From NCBI GenBank assembly GCA_025786725.1, contig JAHLTZ010000025.1, positions 124,001 to 188,000 of the forward strand: a stretch of 64,000 nucleotides of DNA, in the 5' to 3' direction. This DNA is from Syncephalis fuscata S228 (Eukaryota; Fungi; Zoopagomycota). The translations under genes and the position numbers were made by a program. The notes beneath the pieces are model-generated. The model ran no database searches, had not been told where the DNA came from, and saw only the letters and a program-made list of their open reading frames with translations. This document shows, in pieces, positions 13,040 to 27,400 of this stretch; positions within the stretch are counted from its first letter, which is position 1; every line of letters begins with the position of its first letter.

Positions 13040-15623
13040 TTATAGTGAAATAATCAATGCTAAAATAGCCGGATGATAGCAGAAACAAATAAATGGATAT
13101 ACCATAATACCTGCACGATAATAATCGCTCGCCAAGTGTGTCAGTATGCTGACTGGTGTTGGTAATAAGCCAATTACATTGCCGAGTAATAGCAGACTTG
13201 GTGGAGAAATCAGAACAAGCGCAATAAATTGAACAAAACGAAAACCTTTCAATTCATGCGTAATACTTGGCACTGCTTGATGGGTAAGCAGCAGTACAGG
13301 TGGTGTCACAATTGAGGCTACAATAAGAGCAAAGCTGAAATTGACCACTGAGGCTGTCCATATGGCTACCATCATTAAGGTAATGGCCATTAAGCGCAGT
13401 TTGAACGGTATAGTATAACGGTAACCTGGCAGTCTACCACAGAACCAGACAATGTGCTAATTAAATGCTATAAGCTTTACGTGCGCCTATGAACATAAAC
13501 GCATTTACACCGATATAGGCAATCGTATAAGCGGCCATGCCAGTATACTATTTATATATTAGTTTACCAATGTACTTATACAAATATCTAATAATCAGCA
13601 TATTAATCCACTTACATCTGATCCATTAATGTGGATTGCATCTCAGGTGGCGGAATAGTAAATGTAACAATACCACTCAACATACAACCAATAAATATAA
13701 ACAAGCCGTCCAGCTGGCCAACTTCTCGCCCATGTGACGCAAGCTCAGCGAATCATCCAATGGCTTTTTATCATCCAAGCTTTTGCGATTGCATTGATTC
13801 ACGCAGCGTCTTGACCACTTCCAATGTCTTCCATCGCATGCTAACCGAGTATATATTGATAGTTAAGGCTTATTTCAATTATTATCCACATAATTGTAAA
13901 AGGATATGCTAAATAATAAACAGGCAAGTAATCCAAATAGTGGCGGTAAGTAATTGGCAATAGAAATAAATCGCTTGTGTGATTGTATCAAGTAGAAAAA
14001 GAACGATTGATGGAAATGCTCAAGCAGATTATTAAAACTTCTAAACACTGATTCTATAAGACTGTAATCCATCAGCATAGTTATTATACATATTGTTGCT
14101 ACATTTGGTGTTTATTCTCATTTGCATTTACTTACATGCCAAGTTGTCGCTGATCAAATCCCCAACTATTTGGCACTTTACGAGCTGATAGAGTAACAGC
14201 ATCAATCTTATACCTATAATCAGTAGCTATATGTGTTAGCTTTAACGACTGTCATAATTAATAATATCAACTCACGGATGATAATAGCCGTGTAATTTGA
14301 AGGTCTTCCCGATGCTTGACTCCATATCATTGAAGTAATTGCCTTGAATGAATCATTGTACGAAATCAAATTATCTCGATTATGGTCTGAATGTGCATCC
14401 TCATTTTCTAAAATTACTGCTACATTTTCATCACTGGCAATCTTTGTAATGGTGTTGATCACATCAAGATTTGGTAATTGTCCATTAACACCCACTAGTA
14501 ATAAATTAAATACACATTATAATACTATTACTGATATTATCAACTTACTAAATTCTATTTGTAGTGCATCATATCGATTATTTTCTGTTATAGGCAAATC
14601 GAGAACAATAGCTGCTTGAATTGCTCCAGTCCATAAATTAGGCAAACCTTATTATTATTATTAATTTTATTAATTTTACTATTTACAATCAATCTATTCC
14701 AATTGACTTACCTGTCGTATTATGATAGGCACTAAGCCAGTCAATCTGGCCTTGTTCTCCAGCTGGTATAACAAATACCACATCCTTGGCCCACATTGTC
14801 AAGTCTATATGTGTGTTAGTCATTCAAACGCAGTATCATTAATGATGACCGACCTTTGAATACTTTGGCAATTGCTAGCATCATAGCAATACCACGGGCA
14901 TTTGCTATATAGTATGTTAGTGACTAAATCATTACTCATACTGTACATCTATCGACTTACATCGACCAGTAATCGAAAACCAAGGTGCTGCCAACACAAG
15001 TGCCTCTGCATGATCAGCACGCTGTCCATCGAGAATTCCATAGACATTGACAGCTGGCTGGTGTAAATAATCACTCGAAGAACGTGGATCCACATGCTGT
15101 TCGCCAGTAGTAAATCCCAATTGATTAAATTCATCGTAGACTCGCTTAATGGCACTAATAGTTTAACATATTAGTAGTAAATACTGTTACGCGTCTATTA
15201 CTTACTCAGCGCCTTTATTCTGTTGCAGTAATGTGTCCAATTCAGCTGTAAATCAACTACCCAATCTGCATTCTCGCTTCTGAAGCGTGTATATGGCTGT
15301 CAATAACAGTTCAGTTAATAGACAGTAGCAAGTATTTGTAGCGTATTTGTACTCATACACTCTCAGGTCATCTTACCAGTCCTGGCAATAGTGCACTCTC
15401 AGAGATGTATGTATTTCGCGAGTATTCAGGCACCGGCAAAACAAAAAACCACACAATGCCTACAACAAGCGATACATATCTATAGGCCATAGAGCGAATA
15501 AGCCAAACACGTTCAATGAACCACTCAACAGTCAACACTACCTTAACCAGGGCAGTATTGCGTAAGCTTTATTCAGTATACGCTCTTGTCGCTGCATGCG
15601 ATTCCATAGTTTTCAGTAATCAT
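13040..15623 (-). CDS. GAA1: GPI transamidase component Gaa1
   Basis: YSRNTYISESALLPGL, NVYGILDGQRADHAEALVLAAPW, WAKDVVFVI, GVNGQLPNLDVINT, ESVFRSFNNLLEHFHQSFFFY and a C-terminal TM cluster. Start MITEKLWNRMQRQE inferred from the duplicate at 57078. Confidence 0.92.
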
Positions 15624-16138
15624 ATTGTATATAGATGACTATACTAAAATAATAATAACAACAGCTGTGGCTAATAAAGTATGTTTAAAAACAAGGAGAA
15701 TATCATTGTTTACAAAGAATTACAGTAGCAAGTCCAAGGATTATTGATGTAACTATACCGCTATTTTTCTACATGTACGTAGTTTATTAATTGTACTATA
15801 CTTCACTACAAATCATTATATTAGTTGGTGCCTTAAGTTTAACTTTAACTAAAAAGTTAATATGGCAAATTCCTCATCCTACCTAGATTTAACTAAGCGT
15901 AGTTTGTACATTTTAATCGTAATTCTATTAGAAATTATTTAATTCAGTAGATTTATTAAAGCATCGAATAATTACCAGTAAGTATTATAACTAGAATTTA
16001 ATTATAATAGTTATTGTATTAGATTATTAACATTTTAATTGTATGTTTATAGTATGCTTGTTAAATTAAAATCCACAATAAAAAAAGAAAAATACTTTCT
16101 ATTCCGTTTCCCTCCGTTTAACTGAGCATTCATTGGCC

Positions 16139-16777
16139 ATGTCGTTTTTTAATCCTTCAAACCCGCCAACAGCGGACCAGCAAAAGATTGCACATCAAGT
16201 GATGGAATCTTGTGCTGCTAAAACAGTATTCAGTGGAGGTGCCGGTAAGTGTTTAATAGCCGTGTTAAATTGACAACTACTTAGCACGTAATGACGCGTG
16301 TAGGTTTTGGTCTCGGCGCATTATTTGGTCTATTTATGGCGGGTTTGGACTTTTCCACACCTGAACAGCACTTGAATCGACCGGAACCAAAATTGAAGGA
16401 GCAAGTAAAGGATGTTTTCAAGGATATGGGCAAACGAAGCTATTCATCTGCTAAAATTTTGCGGTAGTAGCTGCTATTTATACAGGCGTGGAATGTTATA
16501 TCGAATCAGTATGTGTCAATAGCTTGTTTATTTGATTACAGAATTGCTTACTGTATAAACCTTAGTATCGTGCAACCAATGATTTATACAATAGTGTATC
16601 AGCTGGATGTATTACTGGTGGTATTCTTGCTGCCAAGGGTAGGTTTAATAGCCAAATTATAATTAACAGCACAACTGAATAGTAATAATTAGGTGGCCCA
16701 AGATGGTTGTAGGTGGCTGTGCTGGCTTTGCGGCCTTCTCGGCAGCCATCGATTGGTATATGCACAAAGATCGTTAA
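16139..16777 (+). CDS. TIM22: Mitochondrial inner membrane translocase Tim22
   Basis: [38 protein letters not shown](N)FA, YRATNDLYNSVSAGCITGGILA and GCAGFAAFSAAIDWYMH. Three introns. Confidence 0.93.
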
Positions 16778-17719
16778 TTCTCAGGAAGCATGGCGGGATC
16801 ACATGTTATCCGGCTGTAAACATAGACGCTTGATTATCTTGTGTTAAATATAATTAATTGCTTTAACTTGTAAATAATGTTATATTAATAATTTATATTA
16901 CCAAGTGAATTATATAAAAAGATATGTGATAGTTAGCATGCAAACTGCAATTAGTTTTAGTGTAAATAATATAATTGTTTATTATATTTATTGAATAATA
17001 TCTTTTCATCCAAGCTAATGTTATTTATGATTATTATATAAAAGGTGCTATATATATACCAAGTAAATCAATTTTGCATTTATAGAATTGCCAAACATTT
17101 ATAAAATTTGTAATCAAATTAATGATATTCATTCAAGAAAACAGCTTGGAAAACTATTTGTCAAGTGGTAACTGCTTAAAACTTACAGTTTGTAAATATC
17201 AGCCTGTTAATGAAGTAATATGTTGGTAAACTTGCAAAGTGTCATAAGATTACATGTAGTTTTGTTGGCACATTATGCCTTTTGATGATGTATTTCAGCA
17301 TTATAAATACCAACACAGCTGTATAAAACGGCACATGTTATAACATGGTATTATAAACAACAAAAACGACTTTACATTTAAACTATTGCTTGTTTTACAA
17401 CTATACTAAGTATTATATTTGACATTTGAAATAATTAAATGTGGTAAATAAGCGATTGACCTCTTTAATTGATGCATATCAAACTAAAGATGATTGTTAA
17501 TTACCCAATCAAAATAAGAACTGTTGTATTTTTATTTAATCAGCATGAATGAACGGATGTTAAAATGCTGAATAATATTCTACAGTACCATTTAGTGTTA
17601 ATTATTGTACTAAAAAACACATTTTATACAGTATACTAGCATGCCAAAAAATTGAATATCAATATCAATATTTATTACTAAAAGTAATTTATACCAATGG
17701 TATTTTACGATTGATATTA

Positions 17720-19228
17720 CTAAACAGATGCATGTAAGCGATTAGCATTTGCATTCCTGTCAATTTGTTCCAAATATTGATTTGGCGTTAATCGTTCTTT
17801 GGAATTGATTGCTAATAGCTTATTTAACATGTCAAAAATAGGAGCATATAGATTGAGGCTCCTTATATGCTTGCTACTAACTCTACAATATATTCCCAAT
17901 CGGAAAAATCCATTAAGCAAAAACTTTGAGTAAATTTGAAAGTCGTTATTGCCAAAAACTTTATGCTGCGCAACGATTAATAAATTCATTATTTCTGGAG
18001 TTAAGCTAATCTGTTTGAGTGGTGAGGATGACGCACCGATGCTGTGTCCTATAATGCCACCGCTTGTATTTAGTACAACAGCTCGATCATTATTTGTTGT
18101 TGTTAAACCAGATTTGTAATTTTCTTTAATAAACTTATTGAAGTGAGCCATAAATCTTCTGAATTGCTCTTGTGTATTACCAAGTTCTGGCTGCACGTCT
18201 GGCATTTTGGAAAAAATATCGTTTACAATCGGCTCAAGATACATTTTTTCTTTTAAAGGATAGAGGCCGTATTGAGCAGCATATACAGTTTCGCCAACTT
18301 TCCATAAATCAACCGTACGCGGATCCATTTTAATATTCTCGATCCATTCAGGGGAATATAAAAGGTCTGGCTGAGGTGGATCTATCAATATACGGCATTG
18401 TTTCTAAATTCAATGCGTCTTAGTTGTTCAATCTCCATAACATTGATAATCGGATTTATATCAGAATTTGATCTGACAACAACATCTATGATATCCATTA
18501 GCAGCATTTAAATGTCAACACATTATTCTCTTACTAAAGGCATTTATGTCAATATTGGTCCACCCGATTTTGTGTATATAGTTAATACCTAATTAAAATG
18601 TGCTAAGCAATCTTGTGCTCGCTTAAAGTGTATCAACTGGCCTTACCTCTTATTGCTTTAATAAAAAATGATAAAGATAATTTGTTTCTGTCAAGAGATA
18701 GGTAAGATTCTGTATGTAAATCTGCCGTTCCGTCATATGGGTGAGGCGTAACAAAACAGCGTTTACCTCTCAAAGTAAACGAGCGTTGTGGATTAAAACA
18801 TATTGGCGTCCAGGATCATTTTTCAACAATTCTTGCTTACGCTTAAGGTCCTAAATGTTACGATTAATAATTGGTTGTATTATTGGTCATATTTAGTAAA
18901 TACCTGGAAAAACCGGAATTTATTTTCAAAATTATCTCGTCTGTTACATATAACATTTATATTTATACCACGCAATTGTTGATCCCATGATACCTCGTCC
19001 CCTTGATCAAATTCAACAGGAATATTAAAACCCAAGTATGATTGTGGTGGATCCTGTGCAAATATTTCTATGTATGCTGTTATTAGTATGATGTATCAAA
19101 TAGCTGGCATATGACTTACCCTCGAATAAATTGCCATCACGCGGTATAGCAGCTATAAGCTGAGCAATTAATAGTAGAGCCAAGTTACTACCTATTAATC
19201 TAAGCCAATTCCACTTTATAATTATCAT
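17720..19228 (-). CDS. Secreted protein-kinase-like (pseudokinase) protein, copy B (inverted paralog of copy A)
   Basis: Signal peptide MIIIKWNWLRLIGSNLALLLIAQLIAA. Same intron positions and motifs as copy A (NDPGRQY, DPPQPDLLYSPEW, VDLWKVG, ERLT). Conserved 5' flank (ACGATAAATACACTG). 1-nt deletions near 18390 and 18800. Confidence 0.7.
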
Positions 19229-20559
19229 TGTATCTGTAGTTTGTTATCTTAAAAATAGGCATAAAGTATGAGTGCAAACACAGTGTATTTATCGTGAAAA
19301 TACTGAGCAAATACTAAACGGATTGCGTATCAATAGGTTTTTTCGTTTTTATTTTTTTATATTGCCATTTTTAAACAAACCGTGTCGTTGTTATCTATTA
19401 TATATATATATATCCACGAGATACATGCTTGCTTCGAATACAACCTTCCATGTTAAGCAATAGATGACAAAGTGTTAGATATTTAAAATAAAGTGTATAT
19501 ATCCTTATCTTGGCAATAATGTGAATGCATTAGTAATGATGTGCTAATATATAATTTTTACATAAAATAGAACTGATTAATTGTAGCTGAACATTGTATT
19601 AGTAGCTGCTATTTTAAACATTTAAATAAAACTACATTAAAATTTAAATCATTCAGAATTAAATCCGCGTGCTTGGCGGTGATTGTATTAGTTTGAAATG
19701 GTCTGATATTTCCATCCCAGACTAAAGAGCTAGTTTACTTTAACTCTTACATTTTAAGTTCTCAAAGCAAAATTTGTTCCAATCAGAGCCATGCCATTGT
19801 TATACGCAACATGGTTATATTATTTTTATTAAAATGATATTAATAAATTGATTTATTTAAAGAATGCAACATACTATTTGCTTTATTCGAAACATTTGAG
19901 GTTGATTATTATTGTTGTTGGCCATGCGTAAAAAGACTGATCGAATGTTAATAAAATCTATATAATTGCAATTCCATAGCATTTTACATTTGTTGTTATT
20001 GCATCTACGTACAGCATGATTATTGCATTTAATAATCTGTTTCATTTTCTAATATTATATTGATTTTGGACATATTTGATGTAAGATCAATATTAATATA
20101 TTATATAAAAGTTGTTTATTAAACACTTTCCTATAGCCAATCTGACTAAATAAATGACAATATATATATATTAAAGCAATAATAAAAATAACTAATTAAT
20201 TACATTATTGTATTGATAATTACACATGAGTTGATTAATGTTGGATATAATATTATACATTTATAGTAATAAATAAGTTTAATTATGTCTAAAGTATTAA
20301 GAAAAAGTAAGTGAATATTATAAGCAATCATGCGAATGAAGAGTGTATAAAATGTTTATGACTCATATTTTTCACATTCCAGTTCATGTGTATTCAGGCC
20401 GGTGATTGGCCGTGGTTTTAAATCAAGCAGATAATGATACGAGCAATATTTTGTTAAAACGCTTGTTCGGACCGAACATGGCTTTTCTTAGACAAATTTT
20501 CATCCCTTATTTATTTGCCTGGCAGAAACACGTCAATACAATTAAAACATTATTTCAAT

Positions 20560-23500
20560 ATGCAAACACGCTCTAGTCGACGACATAGCAGTAATGAGCG
20601 AAAGGTCGTGGTTACCCGCTCTACCAGAACGTCCACACGTCAAGTTCGAGTTGTACTAAAAGACACCGCTTTGATGAGAAAACCATTAAGCACGTCCGAT
20701 GTCAACATAAAACGAACAAGCCCACGGCAAGCAAAGCGTCGCCGTGTTCAAACTACAGCGAATAATTCCAAAAGACGAGTTATTAAACAATCTAGCGATA
20801 GCGACGAAATACAAGAAGAAAATGATAGCAAAATTATTAGTAATAGTGATCAAGAAGAAGACAATGAAGATAGTACTGATGAAGAGAGCCAAGAAGAAGA
20901 AGAAGAAGAAGAAGAAGAAGAAGAAGAAGAAAGTGATGATGATGATGACAGCGATGATGATGATGACAGCGATGATGAGTTTAAGCCCGATGTAAAAGAG
21001 TTGTCAAAAATAACAAAAGAAATATCTTCAGATGAAGAAATTAAGGCAGTGTCGGATAAAGAGGATAAAAAGAAAAATACACGAAAGGATAATCGTAGAA
21101 GTAGATATAGCAATGAGTCAGAAGGACCTATAAAACCACCTGATGAGCGTGCTTATAGACTACGTGTAAGAGAAACTCGCTTTTAATAAGCTTTTTTATT
21201 AACATGGTTGAATAGGAGAGTCGCCAGCATGAGCGTCTTATTAAGGTACACCCGACACTGGACACTGTTTGGCAGGATATGGATAAGTTACCAGTTGTTG
21301 AGGCAGTTTGTGAACAGCAGCCACCAGAATTAAAGCTAAAGCTGCTTTCTTTTCAAAAAGAAGGCCTTGGTTGGATGCTAAGGCAGGAGATGAGCAATGT
21401 AAGTAACGATCGCTTTTATCGCAATATAAATACTTACGTCCAATTATTAGTTTCATGGCGGCATATTAGCAGTAGGTATATTGGCGATACAGTAGATATT
21501 GATTAACAAACAAGTGTATCGTTAATTATACATTAGGATGAGATGGGGATGGGTAAATATTACTATACAGCTACCGTATTTATATACTAATGTTGATTAG
21601 GTAAAACCATTCAAATGATTTCTTTGATCGTGAGTCGGCCACGAGGCAAACCCAACCTAATTGTAGCACCAACGGTAAGTAGACTAATGCTTATCGTCTA
21701 CACTTATTTATTAGATTATTTCATGATTTAGGTGGCGTTAATACAATGGTATAATGAAATCAAGAATCACACCACTGGATTGGAAGTACTATTGTTCCAT
21801 GGTAAGTAGTTTTACTACTAATATATAGCTGCGGACCATAACTACGTATAGGCATCAACCGTATAAAAGATCCAAAAGTAATGGCAAACTACGATGTGGT
21901 TTTGACAACATGTAATGACCAATATTTGATATGTATATTACTTTATCTAATTGTATTTTGTGTAGATTCAACGGTAGAATCCACGTTTCGTAAGCAACAG
22001 TATGGATTTAAACGACGAGGAGATCTGGTCAAAGAAAAATCACCATTACATCAAATTGAATGGTTTAGGATTATATTGGATGAAGGTAATTTATACTTTG
22101 TTTACTTAAACAATAGCTGATCATTGCAAATAGCGCATTATATAAAGGATCGTTCATGTAACACGGCACGAGCTGCTGTAAGTTATTTATATGTTAAAAC
22201 GGACAAAGCTGACCGTCTATCTTTCAGTTTACTTTAAACAGTACTCGTAAATGGGCTCTTTCAGGCACACCGATGCAGAATCGCGTCGGTGAACTCTATT
22301 CACTTATTCGTTTTATGCGTATTGTAAGTCATGTTTAGTGTGAATATAGCTATTCATCTAATCAATGATAAATAGGAACCGTACAGTTATTATTTCTGTC
22401 GTAAATGTGAATGTAAAAGTCTGCAATGGAGATTTAGTGATCGTAAAAATTGCGATGACTGTGGACATCATGGCATGTCGTAAGTTGATGTTTATTAATA
22501 GAAATAATTATTTATAATTATTAGACATTTTTGCTGGTGGAATAACGAGATTCTAAAGCCTATTCAAAAGTTTGGTGCCGATGGGCCAGGACTAGAAGGG
22601 TACAGAAAACTGGGCAAGCTTTTGGACCGTATCATGTTGCGACGTGAGTAGAATATATTGAATTTATTTGTAAATGTTTGCTAACGCTATACTATAGGAA
22701 CGAAGAATGAACGCGCCGACGATTTGGGCCTGCCTCCACGAACTGTAACCATTCGTCGTGATTTGTTTAACGAGGAAGAGGAAGACTTTTACGAATCGTT
22801 GTACACAGATACTGCTCGTAAATTCAACACTTATGTCGAAGCAGGCACCGTATTACACAATTATGCTCATATTTTCGAGCTGTTATCGCGTATGCGATTG
22901 GCAGCCAATCACCCCGATCTAATTCGTGCTAACAAGCGAAAAGATGTGCTTGTTTGTGGTATCTGCAATGATGAGGTAGGTGCCCTTTTGTAATCTTTTA
23001 TTAATACAGTAGCTTATCTATGGCGTATAGCCTGAGGATCCGATTATATCCAAGTGTAAACACGTATTCTGTCGTGAAGTAAGTTGCTGCCTGTCATTAC
23101 TGAATACACGCTAATTGTGAATTACTAGGATGCTAATCAATACATATCGAGCTGCATTGAAGAATTGCCGCTTTGTCCAGTTTGTTATGCTCGTTTGACT
23201 CTGGATTTATCGCAGCCAACTTATGAGCTACCAATGCAAAACTCTCAAAGTGTTAGACGCTCTATTGTTAACCAAATCGATATGAACAACTGGCGATCCT
23301 CTACCAAGATTGAAGCACTGGTGGAGGAACTCGATGCATTACGGCGTCGTGATTCATCCCTAAAAAGCTTGATTTTTAGTCAATTTACAGGATTTTTGGA
23401 TTTGGTGCAATGGCGCTTAAATCGCGCCGGTTATCGTTGTTGTCGTTTGGATGGACGTATGGGCCCAATGCAGCGTGATGCAGTTATTCAAGCGTAAGCA

Positions 23501-23939
23501 ATTGGCAATGAATTGATGACATTGCCATTAAAACAAAATGCTTGCTGTGTGTTTATTTTATAGATTTATGACCAAGCCTGAAAATACCATATTTCTTGTG
23601 AGTCTAAAGGTAAATATTTGCTATATAGTTTGCTTTAATGCTCATTATTTTATTTAGGCTGGCGGTATTGCCCTTAATCTCACCGAAGCCAGTCAAGTAT
23701 TTATCATGGATCCCTGGTGGAATCCAGCTGTAGAAGACCAGGCAATGGACCGAATTCATCGTCTAGGTCAATATCGTCCCATTAGAGTGACACGCTTGAT
23801 TGTTGAAAACTCGATAGAGTCGCGTATTGTACAATTGCAGGAAAAGAAGCAGGCACTATTTGAAAGCACCATAGGAAAGGATGCCAATGCGTTGGCCCGT
23901 CTAACTGAAGATGATCTACGGTTTCTTTTCGTACTCTAG
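20560..23939 (+). CDS. RAD16: SNF2-family DNA repair ATPase with RING finger (Rad16)
   Basis: Acidic N-terminus, [44 protein letters not shown] (CGIC...CKHVFC...CPVC), [33 protein letters not shown] and DDLRFLF. Confidence 0.95.
20891..20978 (+). repeat. (GAA)n and (GAT/GAC)n coding microsatellite encoding the poly-Glu/Asp tract of Rad16
   Basis: About 13 perfect GAA units followed by GAT/GAC/AGC repeats. Confidence 0.9.
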
Positions 23940-24476
23940 CTATAACTAGCTATAACATTGCTATAATAAATTGAATGAGATTGTTACACAATAAATTCAA
24001 CTATTTAAACGGCCAAATAGCAGATATTGGTCATATATATTTGCATATTAAATAGATAGTAGTAATTGGCTACTTGTGATAAACATTATTTACCATGCAT
24101 ATTCGTCTATTTATGGGTGGCTTTGTAGGGATTATGGATACCAAGCCGCATTTCGTTATTCATTTGATTGTTACACAACATGCCATTTTTGTAATAACCA
24201 TGCCATATGACGTATTTTGATGACGCGTACTATTTACAAAGCTTTATGGCTCACGTTAGGCCAATATTGAGCCGAATATTGCTGTTTTAGCCCTTACCGT
24301 TTGTTTTATTTTAAATACTGCAGCAAGAGGTATTCATACTAAATTGTTTTTATTATTACTACAATACTAACTTGTTGCACATCATCGATACTATAGTGTA
24401 ATTATTGTACAATCGACATGTAAGTAGTGCTGTGGTTTATTGCAGCACAATTTACTTATTAATGCTATGGTTACAG

Positions 24477-27400
24477 GCTTGTGTTTGAGGCATTCCCGAT
24501 AGCAGGTGTAGTGCTATCGGCACTTATTCTGTTTATGGGCTGTTTGAATATATTTAAATACGACAGCACAACATACAATAGTATTCCTACTGATCCGCTA
24601 CAATATAGCTGTGCATTGGCTGATGAAGAAGACGACGAACATGATTTGAATGAACCATCGGAAGAAGAGGAAAGAAAACTGCTGTTTTTTGAAATACGCA
24701 ATAATACAAAAAACACCACCAAAGACCGACTTGATCATGCTGCCGCCATTAGACAGCTGGTTAAACGTATTAACATTGATGCCAACATTACGAAAATGGT
24801 AGGCAGTACGATTGCATTATCTGCTGCGCTATGGGGCACCTTGTGGCAGCTTTCAAATAGATCCAATGGGCATCAAGTGGCGCTATACTTTTTTGCTAGC
24901 AATGCCATTATATGGGTAAGTGATGTGCTTGGCACAATTAAAAATTACTTATATTTGTTAGCTATACATTACTGGGCTGTCAATTATGAATCTACGCCAT
25001 GGCAAGTTGGCAACGATCAAGTATGGAACGCATCAGACACTGCTTATTGCTATTGCTTATTTTAGCGGATGTGCAAATCTAATTACTCGCTACATCCATG
25101 GCATTCTTCAGTTCTATCTTCGCGAGACCCAGTTTGCACTTTTAATACTGCTTGGTGCTCAGATTGCCGCCATTGGTTTGTTGGTGACACGTAAATCATC
25201 GGAAGTAACGACCAGTGGACGGATAAAAACACTCGAAGCAAGTGCATCGATATTTGAATGGCTATCATTTAGCTGGATGTCCCCATTATGGCCAAGGGAG
25301 CCAAGAGCACATTAAATAACAATGATTTATGGGAGTTACCTCATAAAGACCAAGCCGTGGTTATTACAAAAAAATACGATATGTACAAGTGAGTAGTGTG
25401 GTATTTGTATTCGTGTTCCTATTAACTAATGACTCAATTATAGACCGGGTATGGCATTTGGAACATGCAAGCTATTTATGACATGTAAAAAGCAAATAGC
25501 CATACAGCTGACCTACGGTCTATTATGGAGTTTTACCATGTTTGCCACACCCATATTCTTCTATTTCCTATTGAACGATCTTAACAATACAAACAAGGAT
25601 GAGTCACATGCCTGGTTGTATTTGGCTGGCTTAATTGCTAGCATGGTGGTATCCAGCATATGCAATCAACTCGGTAACATGGCCGGATTACACACAGCCA
25701 TCCAGTTCAAGACCATTATTTCTAATGAGATCTTCAAGATGTGTCTTAAACGACGCATACCAGTTCTATCAAACACTGATGCTACTACATCTCATTTTGA
25801 TAACAATACAGATAATTTGAATGTGTTATCAACAACAAAGTACTCTCCTAAATCCACAGAGTGGGATAGTGGAGCAGTAGCGAATTTGTTAAATACTGAT
25901 GTTAATGTACTGGGGGAGGTAATGTCATTGTTTCATATGTTTGTGGGAAGTACGCTCCAAGTGATTATTGCGTTCTCGTTACTTTGGTGCATTACTGGTC
26001 CGGCATCTCTATTTGGATTGTTAGCTTTAGTCATTATTTGTATACTTGTAGGTGCAAAGACGATAGCCAGTCCTAAATACGTTTCAAGCTACCGAGAAGC
26101 ATGTGGAAAGCGGCTGTCGATTATAAATGAAGTAAGTCTTTATTAATGTAGTGGTCGGTGTTACTAATTTGATATTAGATGTTGCAATCACTGCGTATTA
26201 TTAAGCTATTTGCTTGGGAGCAGCAATTCTGTGCCCGTATAGATGAAGTGCGGGAGAAGGAGCTATCAGTAATTTGGAATTACTATGTTAACTTTGCTAT
26301 CCACTTTGTTGGCAGTACAGTTAGCCCAGTATTTGTTACTGTTGCTACACTGGGTACCTATACCATGCTGTTTGGCAATACACTTAATTCCACGACAGCC
26401 TTTACCTCTATCGTGCTACTTGAGTCTTTAAGAACAGCCATTAATCAGTGGTCCGCTGCAATCTACTATTATCTTCAATACCGTGTTATTATACAGCGTA
26501 TTACGGCATTCTTATCACAGCCAGTTCTACAATCTGAAGATTTAAATAGGCCTACAATGAACGATAGCTCCTCAGAACGTATTGGCTTTATTAATGGTGA
26601 ATTTTCCTGGAATTCAGCCAATAGTAGCGACGCCTCATCAAATTACAGTAATACCTCAACAAATTACAGTAACACCTCGGCGTCTTCGTTTTGTCTAAAT
26701 GATTTGGATATTGATTTCATCACTGGCGAACTCAACATAATTACCGGCCAACTGGCTGTGGTAAATCATCATTGCTTATGGCTTTACTGGGTGGTAAGTG
26801 GATTCATACGCTATACAGTATTATGCTAACTATTTACAGAAATGCCCCGTGTACATGGCCGAGTATTCCTTCCGACGTCTAAACGCCATACAAAACACTG
26901 GGTGTGACATGCAGTAACATTGGATATGTGGCACAGCAGCCATGGCTACAGAATCTGACAATTCGTGAAAACATTTTATTTGGTCAGCCGTATGATGAAC
27001 AACGGTACCATCAAGTTCTGCATGCATGTGCATTGGAGCGTGATCTTGAAATACTCGATGCTGGCGATCGCACACAGATTGGTGAAAAAGGCATTACACT
27101 TTCAGGTGGCCAGAAACAGCGACTTGCTTTGGCGCGTGCTGTGTATGGTCCTTATGAATATCTTTTGCTCGATGATTGTCTCTCGGCGGTCGATTCACAT
27201 ACCGCACGTCATATCGTGCAAAACTGCCTATCTGGTCCGCTAACAGCAGGACGTACTCGTATACTTGTTACCCATCATGTTGATTTGTGCGCATCTATTG
27301 CCAAATATGCTGTTTTAATGAATGCTGGGCAGATTGTTGCTACTGGTGCACCAACAACCGTTTTGGCTTCTCTGCTGACGTCAAGTGACTCTGACTCGGA

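Noticed and set aside
20744-21113. Poly-Lys/Met and poly-Ser ORFs
   Set aside because: Alternate-frame readings of the GAA/GAT repeat in RAD16.
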